Origin: Antedon mediterranea
Lineage: Eukaryota; Animalia; Echinodermata
NCBI RefSeq assembly: GCF_964355755.1
Contig: NC_092675.1
Span: 1,979,812 to 2,043,811, forward strand
DNA length: 64,000 nucleotides
Direction of reading: 5' to 3'
Below the pieces are notes generated by a model. That model ran no database searches, was not told the DNA's origin, and was given only the letters and a program-made list of their open reading frames with translations. Both the position numbers and the translations under genes were made by a program. Positions 62,621-64,000 of the stretch are shown here, one piece after another (within the stretch, counting starts at the first letter, position 1; each line of letters begins with the position of its first letter).

Positions 62621-64000
62621 ACTTACTTACTAATAATATTCACGTATAAATAGAATAATGTAATGTATCTTGTCATGGGCTACACGATAAAGATAAAGAC
62701 AGGCTTTCCAAATGAAATAATATTGTATCAACAACTGCAGCTTGTGAAGCAATGTCACTGCCAAGGAAACACTTCTTGAGTATACTCGACAGATGTGTGG
62801 TTATTTAAGACATTAACCTACAGCTTCAAACTAAGATCAAGTATCAAGTAAGTATATGTATCAAATACTGTTGATTCAATTAATTCGGAAAAATAGATTC
62901 CTTAAGATAATTTCGACGTGATACCAATAATATCAGAAGGAATATGATTTAGATGTACACGAACAAAATAATTATTACAAACACGGTCATTATTTATTTT
63001 ATTTCACAGATATAGTTGTTATTGTGTGAAGTGTGTGTGTGTGGCTAATTACCTGGTAAAATTGTTTGATATCGGTCAATTTGTCACTCAATGTGGCCCA
63101 AGCCTCAGGTGTTTTCATACGAAGCAGGTGTAAAGTAGCGTACGTACGTTCTTTTCTTTATTCCAAATTTAAACTGATCTATGTTTAACGTCCACACTGT
63201 CATTAATCATAGTTTTTAACTGTAGGCTTCGTGTACTCTCATATTTGATCAGATTTCTTTGCGTTTATCCTTTTTGAAAATAATGCATTGCTTAAATAAC
63301 ATTAAAGCAGCGTTTCATACCTTTAAAGTATAGCATTACAAGGTGTTTATATTTTGCGGTGTGTTGCTTTGATTTTGATATTCCGCTACTGTGCACACTA
63401 ATTGGAAAACTTAATGTTATTTATATTTGGATATTATATTATCATGATATGAGAGATAAGAGTAGTTTATGATATAAAACTGCCTTTGAGGGAATCTGTA
63501 ACTATTTTCTTTTTCCATTTTCGTAGGAAAATTTAAACTTTTCATGCGGGAATTGGTAATGGTATTCAGTTTGGATTGAAAATAGAGCTACTATGTGAAC
63601 CACATACTTTCTGCCTATTTTTCACATCAATTTTTATATTCATCTGGTAAAATTTAAGAGTTAATCATCTTTTATAGAAAATATATTTATTGTAGGACAT
63701 TGACTCATGAAGTTTCTCCAGTACTACCTCATATAGTTTATGCCTACACACACTATGCATTATTATTTTGGTAATTATTACTAGAATGCAGCTTTTTAAG
63801 ATGTCGGTAACAGGACACATGAGACTGTCGGAGCAATGTCAATCTCAGGGACTCAAAGATCTACTAAAATTTTACTATGAAACTGTGATGTGTTAGAGAT
63901 GATTCACAATAAAACAAACCGTTAAAAATAAGCTAGTTAATACTGTGTATTAGCACATCAAAAATTAAGAAAGCCGACACTTTGTACTGTATTTTTTTAA

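Overview
AT-rich, intron-containing animal genomic DNA, probably from a marine invertebrate (inferred from gene and TE content only). Three host genes are visible. (1) A minus-strand multi-exon gene (ATG at 25147, running off the left edge) encodes a signal peptide and alternating furin-like Cys-rich (FU) repeats and SRCR domains; I rebuilt 12 phase-consistent coding exons, one a 39-nt micro-exon. (2) A plus-strand 4-exon Shisa-like single-pass membrane gene (~29003-31291) is missed by the ORF track. (3) An intronless class A GPCR of the vasopressin/GnRH-receptor superfamily, GPR150-like (42947-44035). Mobile DNA includes an intact Ty3/Gypsy element with identical 178-bp LTRs and a TAGGC TSD. 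It sits inside one of three copies of a ~0.9-kb non-coding unit arranged direct-direct-inverted, which forms a ~840-bp-arm palindrome in an intron. Also present: a full-length RTE-clade LINE, truncated Rex-Babar, CR1 and RTE LINEs, a SINE, Harbinger-, hAT- and TTAA-type MITEs, and a minimal type I hammerhead ribozyme in a Penelope-like repeat. The octamer TAGGCCTA is strongly over-represented. I found no clearly new multi-gene system; the best leads are the triplicated fold-back unit, the FU/SRCR mosaic protein, the hammerhead repeat and the TAGGCCTA motif.
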